Shown piece after piece: positions 25,545 to 34,483 of a stretch of DNA of 42,950 nt. The first letter of the stretch is position 1. The number at the start of each line of letters is the position of its first letter. The notes beneath the pieces are model-generated. The model was not told the DNA's origin, made no database searches, and saw only the letters and a program-made list of their open reading frames with translations. The stretch is from the IMG/VR virus record IMGVR_UViG_3300045540_000070, positions 1-42,950 of that record; one strand, 5' to 3'. The stretch comes from a virus. Lineage: Duplodnaviria; Caudoviricetes. Position numbers and translations under genes: made by a program.

Positions 25545-25699
25545 TGTTACTTGGTAACACGATAGAAAAAATAACCACTTTCACTGGAATAAAAAAGCTG
25601 GTTAAAATTATTTCTAAAAAAACTGGAATAGATTGTGGATGCGATAAAAGAAAAGAGGATTTAAATAATCCCGAACTACTAATAAACAAAATACTATGA
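25544..25699 (+). CDS. small DCGC-motif protein (51 aa)
   Basis: Translated by hand: ...TGIKKLV...DCGCDKRKEDLN; coupled on both sides. Confidence 0.6.
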   Translation: MLLGNTIEKITTFTGIKKLVKIISKKTGIDCGCDKRKEDLNNPELLINKIL

Positions 25700-25956
25700 G
25701 TTATTTTAAATTACAAGGGATGAGAGCTTCGGCTGTGACTCCATCAAATACTACAGATATACCTAATGTAACGGGTTCGCCAACAACACAACCTTGTGTT
25801 TTATACATAGGAACAGGCGGTTCTCTTAAAGTTCTTACAGAAGGCGGAGATGAGGTTACATTTACAAATGTACAGGATGGAACATTCTTTCCAGTAAATG
25901 TATTAAAAGTTTTCTCTACTGGAACAGATGCTACTGACATCATAGCAATCTGGTAG
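25696..25956 (+). CDS. small virion protein (spike/fibre base-like)
   Basis: LYIGTGGSLKV...GTFFPV..VFSTGT.ATDIIA. Confidence 0.6.
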   Translation: MSYFKLQGMRASAVTPSNTTDIPNVTGSPTTQPCVLYIGTGGSLKVLTEGGDEVTFTNVQDGTFFPVNVLKVFSTGTDATDIIAIW

Positions 25957-25957
25957 T

Positions 25958-27376
25958 ATGCAAATATCTATATCAAATGTAATTGGAAGAGCTATAAGCT
26001 TAGGCTCTTATGTATCTAAATTAATAAAAGCATTTAAGGCTCGAGTTGCTGTGGATATCGGTATATTTGAGGCTGAACTATGTTTAAGCACAACGCTTAA
26101 AAGTTTAAACACGATAGGATTATTAGATAAAACTTCTCTTTGTATTACGCCAAATGCATATAAAGAAAGCGTACTTTATTCAGTAGTTCCAAACACTACT
26201 TTAGGTGATATGACTGTAGTTCGTGCTACAACAGCAACGAGAGTTAATAGTGCGGGATTGATTGAAGGCGTAGGTGTTAATGTACCACGAATAGATTACA
26301 CAAACGGAAGTTGTCCGAGTTTATTGGTAGAGCCACAGAGAACTAATTTATTAACTTATTCAGAACAATTTGATAATGCAGATTGGAATAAAGTTCGAGC
26401 GTCGGTTACAGCAAATACAACAATAAGTCCTAATGGAATTCAAAACGCCGATACATTTGCAAGTTCATCGGGTCAAACAATTTTTCCCGCACTAACAAGA
26501 AATCCAACTTTTTTAGGAAATACACTTTATTCTTTAAGCATTTTTGCAAAAGTATTAGGAAATACTAATATATTTAAAATAACTTACGTTGATAATGTTT
26601 CGGGATTTGCGGGGGGCGGAGCTTCATTTAATTTAGCTACACAAGCAATTACAATAATACAGTCTGCAAACTCTTCGGTTACTGCAAATATCCAAAATTA
26701 TGGTAATGGTTGGTATCGTTTAAATATTAAGTTTTTAACTATTGCGATTCCGTCATTTAATTATTTAGAATTTTCACTTCCTACAGCTAATGTTGGTAAT
26801 GATTTTTCGTTATATGGTGCTCAATTAGAAGTAGGTTCATACCCAACTTCATATATCCCGACTGTAGCTACTTCAGTAACTCGTAACGCTGATGTAATAT
26901 CTAAAACAGGAATAAGTAGTTTAATAGGACAAACAGAAGGAACTATATTTTTTGATGGTATTGTGAATGACATTCAAAATATCTTTACGAATATATTAAA
27001 TACAAATAAGACTCCAAGCACAAGTTCTCAAATTGCATTATCAAAAGTAAAAGCGACTAATAAATTCAATTTCGACCAATTTTATGGGGATGGAACTTTT
27101 GAAAGAATAACATTACTTTCAACCAATAGTTTTGCTAATGGAATAAGAACAAAAGTTGCTATAAGATACAAAAGCGGAGATTTTGCAATGTATATAAATG
27201 GCAATTTAGAAGCTACAAGTTCTTTGACTTTTACAAATATCGGCACAAAATCAGAATTATTTTTAAATGATTCAGAAACTTTATTTGCATATCAGGAAAG
27301 TGTTTCTTTTAATAACGCTATTTTATTTAAAACAGGATTATCAAATACTGAACTTGCACAATTAACAACTATCTAA
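25958..27376 (+). CDS. virion fibre/spike protein with a LamG-like beta domain
   Basis: RATTATRVN, PRIDY, LLVEPQRTNL, GAQLEVGSYPTSYIPT, TRNAD. Confidence 0.75.
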   Translation: MQISISNVIGRAISLGSYVSKLIKAFKARVAVDIGIFEAELCLSTTLKSLNTIGLLDKTSLCITPNAYKESVLYSVVPNTTLGDMTVVRATTATRVNSAGLIEGVGVNVPRIDYTNGSCPSLLVEPQRTNLLTYSEQFDNADWNKVRASVTANTTISPNGIQNADTFASSSGQTIFPALTRNPTFLGNTLYSLSIFAKVLGNTNIFKITYVDNVSGFAGGGASFNLATQAITIIQSANSSVTANIQNYGNGWYRLNIKFLTIAIPSFNYLEFSLPTANVGNDFSLYGAQLEVGSYPTSYIPTVATSVTRNADVISKTGISSLIGQTEGTIFFDGIVNDIQNIFTNILNTNKTPSTSSQIALSKVKATNKFNFDQFYGDGTFERITLLSTNSFANGIRTKVAIRYKSGDFAMYINGNLEATSSLTFTNIGTKSELFLNDSETLFAYQESVSFNNAILFKTGLSNTELAQLTTI

Positions 27377-27377
27377 A

Positions 27378-27680
27378 ATGGTATATAAATTAAATTATAC
27401 AGACAAAGAAACTGCAATAAAAGACTTTATTAAAAAAGGAGTCTTTATTGAGATTGAAAACATAGACAAAGAAATTATTTTATCTTACGGAAAAGGTATT
27501 CAAGCGGTTGTTGAAATTGGTAAAATTGTTCTAACAAATGGAACATACGATGCAGAATTTAATGAATTAACCGCTCCTGTTTATGCTGATGGTTATTCTT
27601 TTGATATTATGAGTGATAACGTAATTAAATTTGAAAGCGAAATATTTCCTAAAAACAGTAAACACGGATTCGCAATATGA
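27378..27680 (+). CDS. probable fibre-associated protein
   Basis: Directly follows the fibre gene. Confidence 0.5.
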   Translation: MVYKLNYTDKETAIKDFIKKGVFIEIENIDKEIILSYGKGIQAVVEIGKIVLTNGTYDAEFNELTAPVYADGYSFDIMSDNVIKFESEIFPKNSKHGFAI

Positions 27681-27895
27681 CTTTAATACCACAAGATAAA
27701 GCAAATCATTTCATTTATGGCTTCTTTATATACGTTTTAAGCAACTATTTTCTAAATAACTTATATAGTATCGGAATAGTATTTTTATTCGCTTTAGGTA
27801 AAGAAATTAAAGACCAAATAATATATAAAGGATTTGATTATAAAGATTTATTAGCAACAATGATTCCCTCAATCGTATTACATTTTTTAAAATGA
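27677..27895 (+). CDS. small membrane protein
   Basis: QDKANHF...KEIKD...DLLAT with hydrophobic segments. Confidence 0.6.
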   Translation: MTLIPQDKANHFIYGFFIYVLSNYFLNNLYSIGIVFLFALGKEIKDQIIYKGFDYKDLLATMIPSIVLHFLK

Positions 27896-28074
27896 GCAAA
27901 GAGCAATTTGATATAATATTAAATAAATGGATTTCTCGCAAGTTACTTGTTTTTATGGTAGCTTGTGGAGGTTTATTTAGCGGTCAATTAACCTCATCTG
28001 ATTGGGTTATAATTGCAACTGCATACATAGGAATTGAAGGAATTACAAACATAGTAGAAAGACTAAGAAAATGA
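27892..28074 (+). CDS. putative holin
   Basis: Two TM segments, upstream of the endolysin. Confidence 0.6.
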   Translation: MSKEQFDIILNKWISRKLLVFMVACGGLFSGQLTSSDWVIIATAYIGIEGITNIVERLRK

Positions 28075-28316
28075 GTACCGATAATTTAGAGCAATTAAGC
28101 AAAGACATAAAAGAAATTAAACAGGCTTTATTAGGAAGTGAATTTAACAACTTCAAAGGTATGGTTTCACAAATGAAAGAAACTGATGAGCGTGTTGAAA
28201 AATTAGAAATTTTCAAAAACGAAATTTCTGTATATGTAAATCAATTTAAAGTTGCCTTTGTGATTATTTTTGGTGCTTTGATTACTTTATTATTTAAAAT
28301 ATTTACAATAAAATAA
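28071..28316 (+). CDS. holin/antiholin-like protein (coiled coil plus C-terminal TM)
   Basis: Position in the lysis cassette. Confidence 0.5.
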   Translation: MSTDNLEQLSKDIKEIKQALLGSEFNNFKGMVSQMKETDERVEKLEIFKNEISVYVNQFKVAFVIIFGALITLLFKIFTIK

Positions 28317-28317
28317 A

Positions 28318-28797
28318 ATGGATGACAAAATTACAATTGAAAGGATAAATAAGGCACACCCAAAAATAAGACAAGAATTATTGTCTTTGTATTCGCAATG
28401 CAATAATGCGCTTCCTAAAGGGGTTAGACTGCGTTTTGCCTATGTTTTTAGAAGTCCAGCAGAACAGCACGCTTTGTTTTTGCAAAAACCAAAAGTAACA
28501 AATGCAGATAGTTGGCAAAGTATTCATAATTACGGTTTAGCATTCGATATTGTTTTATTATATGATAAAAATAATGATGGAACTTTCGAAACTGCAAGTT
28601 GGTATAACGATGAGCATTGGAAAGAAGTAGTTTCATTTTTTAAGTCTAAAGGTTATGAGTGGGGTGGTGATTGGAAAAAGTTTAAAGACGCTCCGCACTT
28701 TCAAAAAACGTTTGGATTTGATTGGAAAGCTTTAAAGCAAAGAATTGACAAAGGAATTACAATAATCGATAACGGAATTACTTATGCGAAAATATAA
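28318..28797 (+). CDS. endolysin, M15-family L-Ala-D-Glu peptidase
   Basis: FRSPAEQ, SIHNYGLAFD, WGGDW..FKDAPHFQ. Confidence 0.9.
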   Translation: MDDKITIERINKAHPKIRQELLSLYSQCNNALPKGVRLRFAYVFRSPAEQHALFLQKPKVTNADSWQSIHNYGLAFDIVLLYDKNNDGTFETASWYNDEHWKEVVSFFKSKGYEWGGDWKKFKDAPHFQKTFGFDWKALKQRIDKGITIIDNGITYAKI

Positions 28798-29221
28798 ATA
28801 TATTATAATCTTTATTTTATTACTAACTTCTTGCGCTACAAGAAAGGTAAATAAATCTACTGAAGAGATTAAAACCAATAAGATTGAAACTACACAGAAT
28901 AATGTACAGATAAAAGAAAATACAGATATTAAAGTAGTTGATAGTACCGATGAAATTTGTATTGAACCAATTGACATTCTTAAACCTATAGTAATAGACG
29001 GTAAGAGTTATTTTAACGCTAAAATCAGCCATAAAAAAAGAAAAGTAAATACAAGTATAGTTTCGGATAAAACAACGTCTGATTTAAGCGAAAAAAAGAT
29101 AGTTGAAAAAGTTGATTTTAAAAAGAACGGTAAGTTTATAGAGCGTAAATCAGGTTTTAATTGGTGGTGGTTATTATTGCTTTTAATTCCGTTTGGAGTA
29201 TATATCTATGTAAAATTATGA
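28784..29221 (+). CDS. putative unimolecular spanin
   Basis: LLTSC lipobox plus C-terminal TM helix, directly after the endolysin. Confidence 0.7.
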   Translation: MRKYKYIIIFILLLTSCATRKVNKSTEEIKTNKIETTQNNVQIKENTDIKVVDSTDEICIEPIDILKPIVIDGKSYFNAKISHKKRKVNTSIVSDKTTSDLSEKKIVEKVDFKKNGKFIERKSGFNWWWLLLLLIPFGVYIYVKL

Positions 29222-30561
29222 CAAAAATAAGTATATATAAGATTGATGACAAAGTTACTGGTTCTGATAAATGGATTGGTTCAGATTCTCAAACGCAATA
29301 TTCAACAAAGAATTTTACACCTACAAAGCTGTCTGAATATTTTAACGAGAATCAAGTTATAGATATTGGCGTTCCAATACGCTACAAATACGATATACTT
29401 GAGGTTGGCGATATTAGACTTCCTGGAACAATAACTTTTGACCCACAAGTAGGTACTCCGTATAATATCTCTAATATCACTTCGTTTTTATTAAGTAAAT
29501 ATACACTTAAAGGAAATGACGTATCTGATTACTTAAATTTTTTAACAGGTACAAAAGTACTTATTCATAAAGCAGATGATATAAATATATTTGGTTTATT
29601 TAGAATGGTAAAAGTTGAAGAATATCTACCAGAGCCAAATTTTTTCAAAGTTACATTATCTTATTATACTGGAAACGGAGCAATAATAGAAGATAAAGAT
29701 TATTTAATATCACTTGTAGATGTATCTACTGGAGGTACTGATATAACAAAAACGTCTCAATTAATAAATGATGGAGAAGATGGCATTCATCCATTTGTAA
29801 CAGCAGAGGATATTCCAAGTGCTGTGTATGATGGAGCAAGCCCTACTACAGTTACAGTAGGAGGTCTTGACGCGACTACCGATATATCTGGTCAAACAAT
29901 ATCGCATATCATAGAGCAAATTGTAGCTCCTTACGTGATTCCTACATTAAGTTTTTACACTTCCGATATTTCTACTATAGTAGAATCTGGGACTACATTG
30001 TCTGGATTAAAGTCATTTGATTTTTCATTTACGCAATTAGGAAACATAACTGCAAATTCATTAAAGGTAAGAGATGTCACTACATCAACTATCATTGGAA
30101 CTGGGTTATCAATAACTAGTCCACACAGCGTAAATATAGGTACAATTACTATAAATGGAAATGGAACTCAACACGTATGGAACTCTGAAATAGTTGCTAC
30201 AAATACAAATGTAATAACAAGTAATTCATTTACAACAACATCTTACTATAAGCAATTTTACGGAGATGTAACTTCTTTGCCAGTAAATTCGGCACAAGTA
30301 AGAGCGTTACCAAATTATAATTACAGCTACTACAATAACTTTATAACCCCAGTTGTTTCTTCTACTAAATTTGCGTTATCAATACCATCTACAAAATCAT
30401 TAGTTAGCGTTATAACGGCTAATTTTGAAAATATAACTGCAAGTTTTACTGAAACCATATTTAATGTAAATGATGCTGGAGGAAGTGCTATTAGTTATAA
30501 AACATTGTCGTATGAAAGTGGAGTGCCATTAGGTTTAACATTAACAATAACATTATCATAA
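29218..30561 (+). CDS. virion structural/tail protein
   Basis: Likely start MTKISIY; T/S-rich beta-type C-terminus. Confidence 0.6.
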   Translation: MTKISIYKIDDKVTGSDKWIGSDSQTQYSTKNFTPTKLSEYFNENQVIDIGVPIRYKYDILEVGDIRLPGTITFDPQVGTPYNISNITSFLLSKYTLKGNDVSDYLNFLTGTKVLIHKADDINIFGLFRMVKVEEYLPEPNFFKVTLSYYTGNGAIIEDKDYLISLVDVSTGGTDITKTSQLINDGEDGIHPFVTAEDIPSAVYDGASPTTVTVGGLDATTDISGQTISHIIEQIVAPYVIPTLSFYTSDISTIVESGTTLSGLKSFDFSFTQLGNITANSLKVRDVTTSTIIGTGLSITSPHSVNIGTITINGNGTQHVWNSEIVATNTNVITSNSFTTTSYYKQFYGDVTSLPVNSAQVRALPNYNYSYYNNFITPVVSSTKFALSIPSTKSLVSVITANFENITASFTETIFNVNDAGGSAISYKTLSYESGVPLGLTLTITLS

Positions 30562-30562
30562 T

Positions 30563-32626
30563 ATGGCTACATTTAACTTAAGTAACAAGATACAAATTGT
30601 AAATCCTTCTGCGAATGTAGACTCTCATTACGGAACATACGCGTCTTTATCAGATGCGTATATCGGAGTTCCAGAGATATTAAGGGAAAAAGGAAAGACA
30701 GTTGGAATATTAGAAAGTGGTAGTGTGGTTGAGTACTGGTGGAAGTCAGGAATTACAGATATTGATTTAGTCAAGAAAGAAACTTCAGTGCATATATCAG
30801 GTACAACAAACACAATACCTAAATTTACAATTGGCGGTTTAGGAGATAGTCAAATTGCTGAAAGTGGTGCTGGAGTTACAATTGGAGGAGGCTATGATTT
30901 CTATAAATTAAACGTAAACGGTACTATCTTTTGTTTAGATGAAATCATTATGTTTGGTTCATCCGACCAATTTTCAGCATACGATACGGACAGTACTTTT
31001 TTAGGAAAATTGAGTTTCAATAAATTTACAGGGGCTTCGTTTGGAACTTTTACAGATTTACCAGTTAAAATTTTGCAAAATGGAACAGAAGCAGCTAGAA
31101 TTTCAGACAATCAAAACCTTTTAATAGGAACAACTGTAGACAATGGTCAAAAATTACAAGTTGAGGGCGATGCGTTAATTAATGGCATAAATGTTGGACG
31201 AGGAGGCGGAAATTCAATTGCTAATGTAGTTTTAGGAAATTATGCATTAGCTTTAAATACTGTAGGATTATATAATGTTGCTATAGGAACTACTGCAATT
31301 TATTCAAATACAACTGGAGATAACAATATTGGAATTGGTGCAAATTCACTATACCTAAATACAACTGGAAGCGGTAATTTAGGTATTGGTCCATCTACAA
31401 GATGTTTGAATCCTAATGATAATAACTCAATTATGATAGGGTTTGATACCGAAGGAGTTGGGTCAAATTCAGTTGTATTAGGTAATAGTTCAATAACAAA
31501 AACAATATTAAGAGGAAATGTTTTAATAGGAACAACTGTAGACAATGGTCAAAAATTACAAGTTGAGGGCGATGCTTTAATTAATGGTTCATTGAGTAGT
31601 GGAACAGGCACTATAACATCAGGAGACTTTTCACATGCTGAGGGCGATACTTCTGTAGCGAATGGATATGGTTCTCATGCTGAAGGCAAAGAATCTATAG
31701 CAAATGGAATATGTTCTCATGCAGAGGGTGGTAATTCTATAGCAAACGGAAATTCTTCTCATGCAGAGGGTGGTAATTCTATAGCAAACGGAAATTCTTC
31801 TCATGCAGAGGGTGATAATTCTATAGCAAACGGAAATTCTTCTCATGCAGAGGGGTACTTTACTATAGCAGATGGAGATTATCAGCACGTACAAGGAAGG
31901 TACAACACGCCTATTACAAATGCAGCTGCATTTATTATTGGTAATGGTACCGATAATTCAAATAGAAGCAATTTAGTCGAAGCTTATGGAGATACGTTTT
32001 ATATTAATGAAAATTTAAGCATATATAAATCTATAAAAGATTCTACATCTTCAGTAGGTTCAGATGGTCAAATATTAACATCTACCGTAACTGGTACGCA
32101 ATGGATTACTCCACAACAAAACGGACTTTACGCACAAACTGCTTTAAGCACGCCAATAGTTTTCGCAAGTGGTGAAGCAAGTTTAATAGGTGCTGGAGTT
32201 GGTACATTATCAGTTCCTGCAAATGCTTTTAAGGTTGGTGATTCATTTGTGGCTAAAATGTGTGGAAGATTAACGTGTGCAAATAATGAAATTTTGCATA
32301 TTAGAGTACGTTCAAATGGCGTTTTAATTATTGATGCATTACAATACACTTTGGCTGCAACAACGGATAAGTACTATGATTTAATATTAGATTTTACAGT
32401 TACTAAATTGGGAGAAGCAGGAGTTGCTGAATTATTTGCAAATGGAATGTTTACTTACAATAAAAATGCGTCGGTATCGATGGAAGGAGTTCACTTTGGT
32501 CAGATTAGTAATACAGTATTTGATACAACTGTTAATAATTCATTGACTATTACCGCTGAATGGGTAACATCTAGCGCAACGAATACAATACGCTCACAGA
32601 ATTTCACATTAACTAAAGTTTACTAA
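30563..32626 (+). CDS. tail fibre with adhesin-head-like (SHAEG) repeats
   Basis: NTTG/N.AIG repeats and six 14-aa SHAEG repeats. Confidence 0.75.
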   Translation: MATFNLSNKIQIVNPSANVDSHYGTYASLSDAYIGVPEILREKGKTVGILESGSVVEYWWKSGITDIDLVKKETSVHISGTTNTIPKFTIGGLGDSQIAESGAGVTIGGGYDFYKLNVNGTIFCLDEIIMFGSSDQFSAYDTDSTFLGKLSFNKFTGASFGTFTDLPVKILQNGTEAARISDNQNLLIGTTVDNGQKLQVEGDALINGINVGRGGGNSIANVVLGNYALALNTVGLYNVAIGTTAIYSNTTGDNNIGIGANSLYLNTTGSGNLGIGPSTRCLNPNDNNSIMIGFDTEGVGSNSVVLGNSSITKTILRGNVLIGTTVDNGQKLQVEGDALINGSLSSGTGTITSGDFSHAEGDTSVANGYGSHAEGKESIANGICSHAEGGNSIANGNSSHAEGGNSIANGNSSHAEGDNSIANGNSSHAEGYFTIADGDYQHVQGRYNTPITNAAAFIIGNGTDNSNRSNLVEAYGDTFYINENLSIYKSIKDSTSSVGSDGQILTSTVTGTQWITPQQNGLYAQTALSTPIVFASGEASLIGAGVGTLSVPANAFKVGDSFVAKMCGRLTCANNEILHIRVRSNGVLIIDALQYTLAATTDKYYDLILDFTVTKLGEAGVAELFANGMFTYNKNASVSMEGVHFGQISNTVFDTTVNNSLTITAEWVTSSATNTIRSQNFTLTKVY
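31631..31882 (+). repeat. 42-bp tandem repeat, 6 units
   Basis: Units start at 31631, 31673, 31715, 31757, 31799 and 31841. Confidence 0.9.
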
Positions 32627-32627
32627 A

Positions 32628-32966
32628 ATGGAAATAATTTATACTTGGAATTTTAAAGCTTACGATAGAGAATTAACTAACAATACTATAAAAAATATTC
32701 ATTGGGAGTTAATGGCTGAACTTAACGGTAAGACAGAAAAGGTTTATGGATGTCTTAATCTTCCAAAACCAAATATGAATAATTTTATAGAGTTTGAAGA
32801 AATAACAAAAGAACAAATAACTTCTTGGGTTGAAAACTCTATGAGTAAATTATCAGATAATAAGTTATCAGAAAATAACGAAACTGAATTAGAAAAAATA
32901 AAACATACGTTAAAATGTAGATTAGAAAAACTACCAGAAACAAATATTTTTATACCTATTAATTAA
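32628..32966 (+). CDS. probable tail-fibre-associated protein
   Basis: IKNIHW...FIEFEEITKEQITSWV. Confidence 0.55.
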   Translation: MEIIYTWNFKAYDRELTNNTIKNIHWELMAELNGKTEKVYGCLNLPKPNMNNFIEFEEITKEQITSWVENSMSKLSDNKLSENNETELEKIKHTLKCRLEKLPETNIFIPIN

Positions 32967-32992
32967 TTAACTATCTTTGTAAAAAAAATAAA

Positions 32993-33211
32993 ATGAAATC
33001 AGTAACTACAGAAGAATTAGAAACATTAAAAACATTACATCAAAAGTTTAACGATACAAAGCTAAACATTGCCGATGCTGAATTATTAAAACATAAATTA
33101 TTTAGAGACTTAGACGCATTGTCTAAAGAGTATAAAGAAATAGAAGCTTTACTGCTTGAGAAATACGGTAAGGTAAGTGTTAATCTACAAACAGGAGAAA
33201 TAAATGACTAA
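32993..33211 (+). CDS. small coiled-coil protein
   Basis: KYGKVSVNLQTGEI; TATCTTTG box at 32972-32979. Confidence 0.65.
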   Translation: MKSVTTEELETLKTLHQKFNDTKLNIADAELLKHKLFRDLDALSKEYKEIEALLLEKYGKVSVNLQTGEIND

Positions 33212-33416
33212 AATAAGTTTATACCCAGAAATTTCAATTCCAACACCAGATGATTTATTGATTGGTACTGATAAAGCGGTTCAAAATGAAACAAAGAATT
33301 TTAGTATTCAGAGTATCATTGATTTAACACTAGATGATGGTGTTAGTGGAGTTTTTTCAACTTCTGATGTAAAAACTATCACAGTAGTTAATGGTCTTAT
33401 AACTAGTATTGTATAA
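33204..33416 (+). CDS. small structural protein
   Basis: N-terminus MTKISLY resembles that of the 29218 protein. Confidence 0.6.
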   Translation: MTKISLYPEISIPTPDDLLIGTDKAVQNETKNFSIQSIIDLTLDDGVSGVFSTSDVKTITVVNGLITSIV

Positions 33417-33419
33417 CTA

Positions 33420-33644
33420 ATGGATATTCGTAAAATATCAGTAGGACCAGACTATAAAAACGCTATGAGCTACCTTCAAGGGCAAGAGGTTCTTGGGGGT
33501 TCTCATAGGATACACGTTATATTCTTTAATGAAATTAGATGTAGTTTTCAGGTTTGGATAGAAAATGAATCTGACGAGACTATTTTATGGAAGGAATTTA
33601 ATTCTAACATTCCAGTATCAGTAGAGTATAATATAAACTTCTAA
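33420..33644 (+). CDS. hypothetical protein
   Basis: IRKISVGPDYKNAM...PVSVEYNINF. Confidence 0.65.
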   Translation: MDIRKISVGPDYKNAMSYLQGQEVLGGSHRIHVIFFNEIRCSFQVWIENESDETILWKEFNSNIPVSVEYNINF

Positions 33645-34211
33645 ATGAAATCACCATATTGCTTCATCGTAAAGCCATTAGATGGTAAGCGATACAATAA
33701 TACTAAAAGTGTAGGTGGTATTGATTTAGTAGTAAGTACATCTCAAGAAGACCATACCGTTTCCAATAGATTAGGAGTAGTAGTGTCTACGCCTATAGGA
33801 TATAAAGGAGATGTAATAGTAGGGGATTTATTGCTCGTACATCATAATGTATTTAAGTTATATTATGATATGAAAGGAAACGAAAAGAGTGGTGCTAGTT
33901 ATCTTAAAGACGACTTATTTATGGTGGATAATGAACAGTTTTTTATGTATTTTCATGACAACAAATGGAGTGCTCACTCTAAGTATTGTTTTATAAAACC
34001 TATACAAACACAAGATTCTATTATTCATAAAAATACAAAAGAAGAACCCTTAATAGGTACTATAGAATATATAAATCAAGAACTAATAGATTTAGGAATG
34101 AATGTAGACGATATTATAGCTTTTGAGCCAAATAGTGAGTACCCATTTTATATAAATGATGAGAAGCTATACAGAATGCTTACAAATAATATTACTGTAA
34201 AATGGAATTAA
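33645..34211 (+). CDS. tandem GroES-like protein
   Basis: Two Cpn10-like units (FIVKP...GVVVSTP...VGD; FIKP...GTIEY...EKLYRM). Confidence 0.6.
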   Translation: MKSPYCFIVKPLDGKRYNNTKSVGGIDLVVSTSQEDHTVSNRLGVVVSTPIGYKGDVIVGDLLLVHHNVFKLYYDMKGNEKSGASYLKDDLFMVDNEQFFMYFHDNKWSAHSKYCFIKPIQTQDSIIHKNTKEEPLIGTIEYINQELIDLGMNVDDIIAFEPNSEYPFYINDEKLYRMLTNNITVKWN

Positions 34212-34483
34212 AATCAATCAAAGAAAGAATTATAGCAGCTGGTTATAAAGCAGTTGAAGAGTTAATTAAAATTGCTGAGGATAAAGTATTATCTGGTGGT
34301 GATGACGACTTATCTGCTGATAAACTTAAGAATGCTGCTGCTACAAAACGCCTTGCTATAGAAGACGCTTTTCAAATTCTTAGTAGAATAGAATTAGAGC
34401 AAGAAAAATTGGTTGATGATTCAGTTACAAATGTAAAAACAGAACCAAAAGTACAGGGATTTGCAGAAAGAAGATCAAAATAA
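34202..34483 (+). CDS. probable terminase small subunit
   Basis: Helical 93-aa protein directly before the large subunit. Confidence 0.55.
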   Translation: MELKSIKERIIAAGYKAVEELIKIAEDKVLSGGDDDLSADKLKNAAATKRLAIEDAFQILSRIELEQEKLVDDSVTNVKTEPKVQGFAERRSK

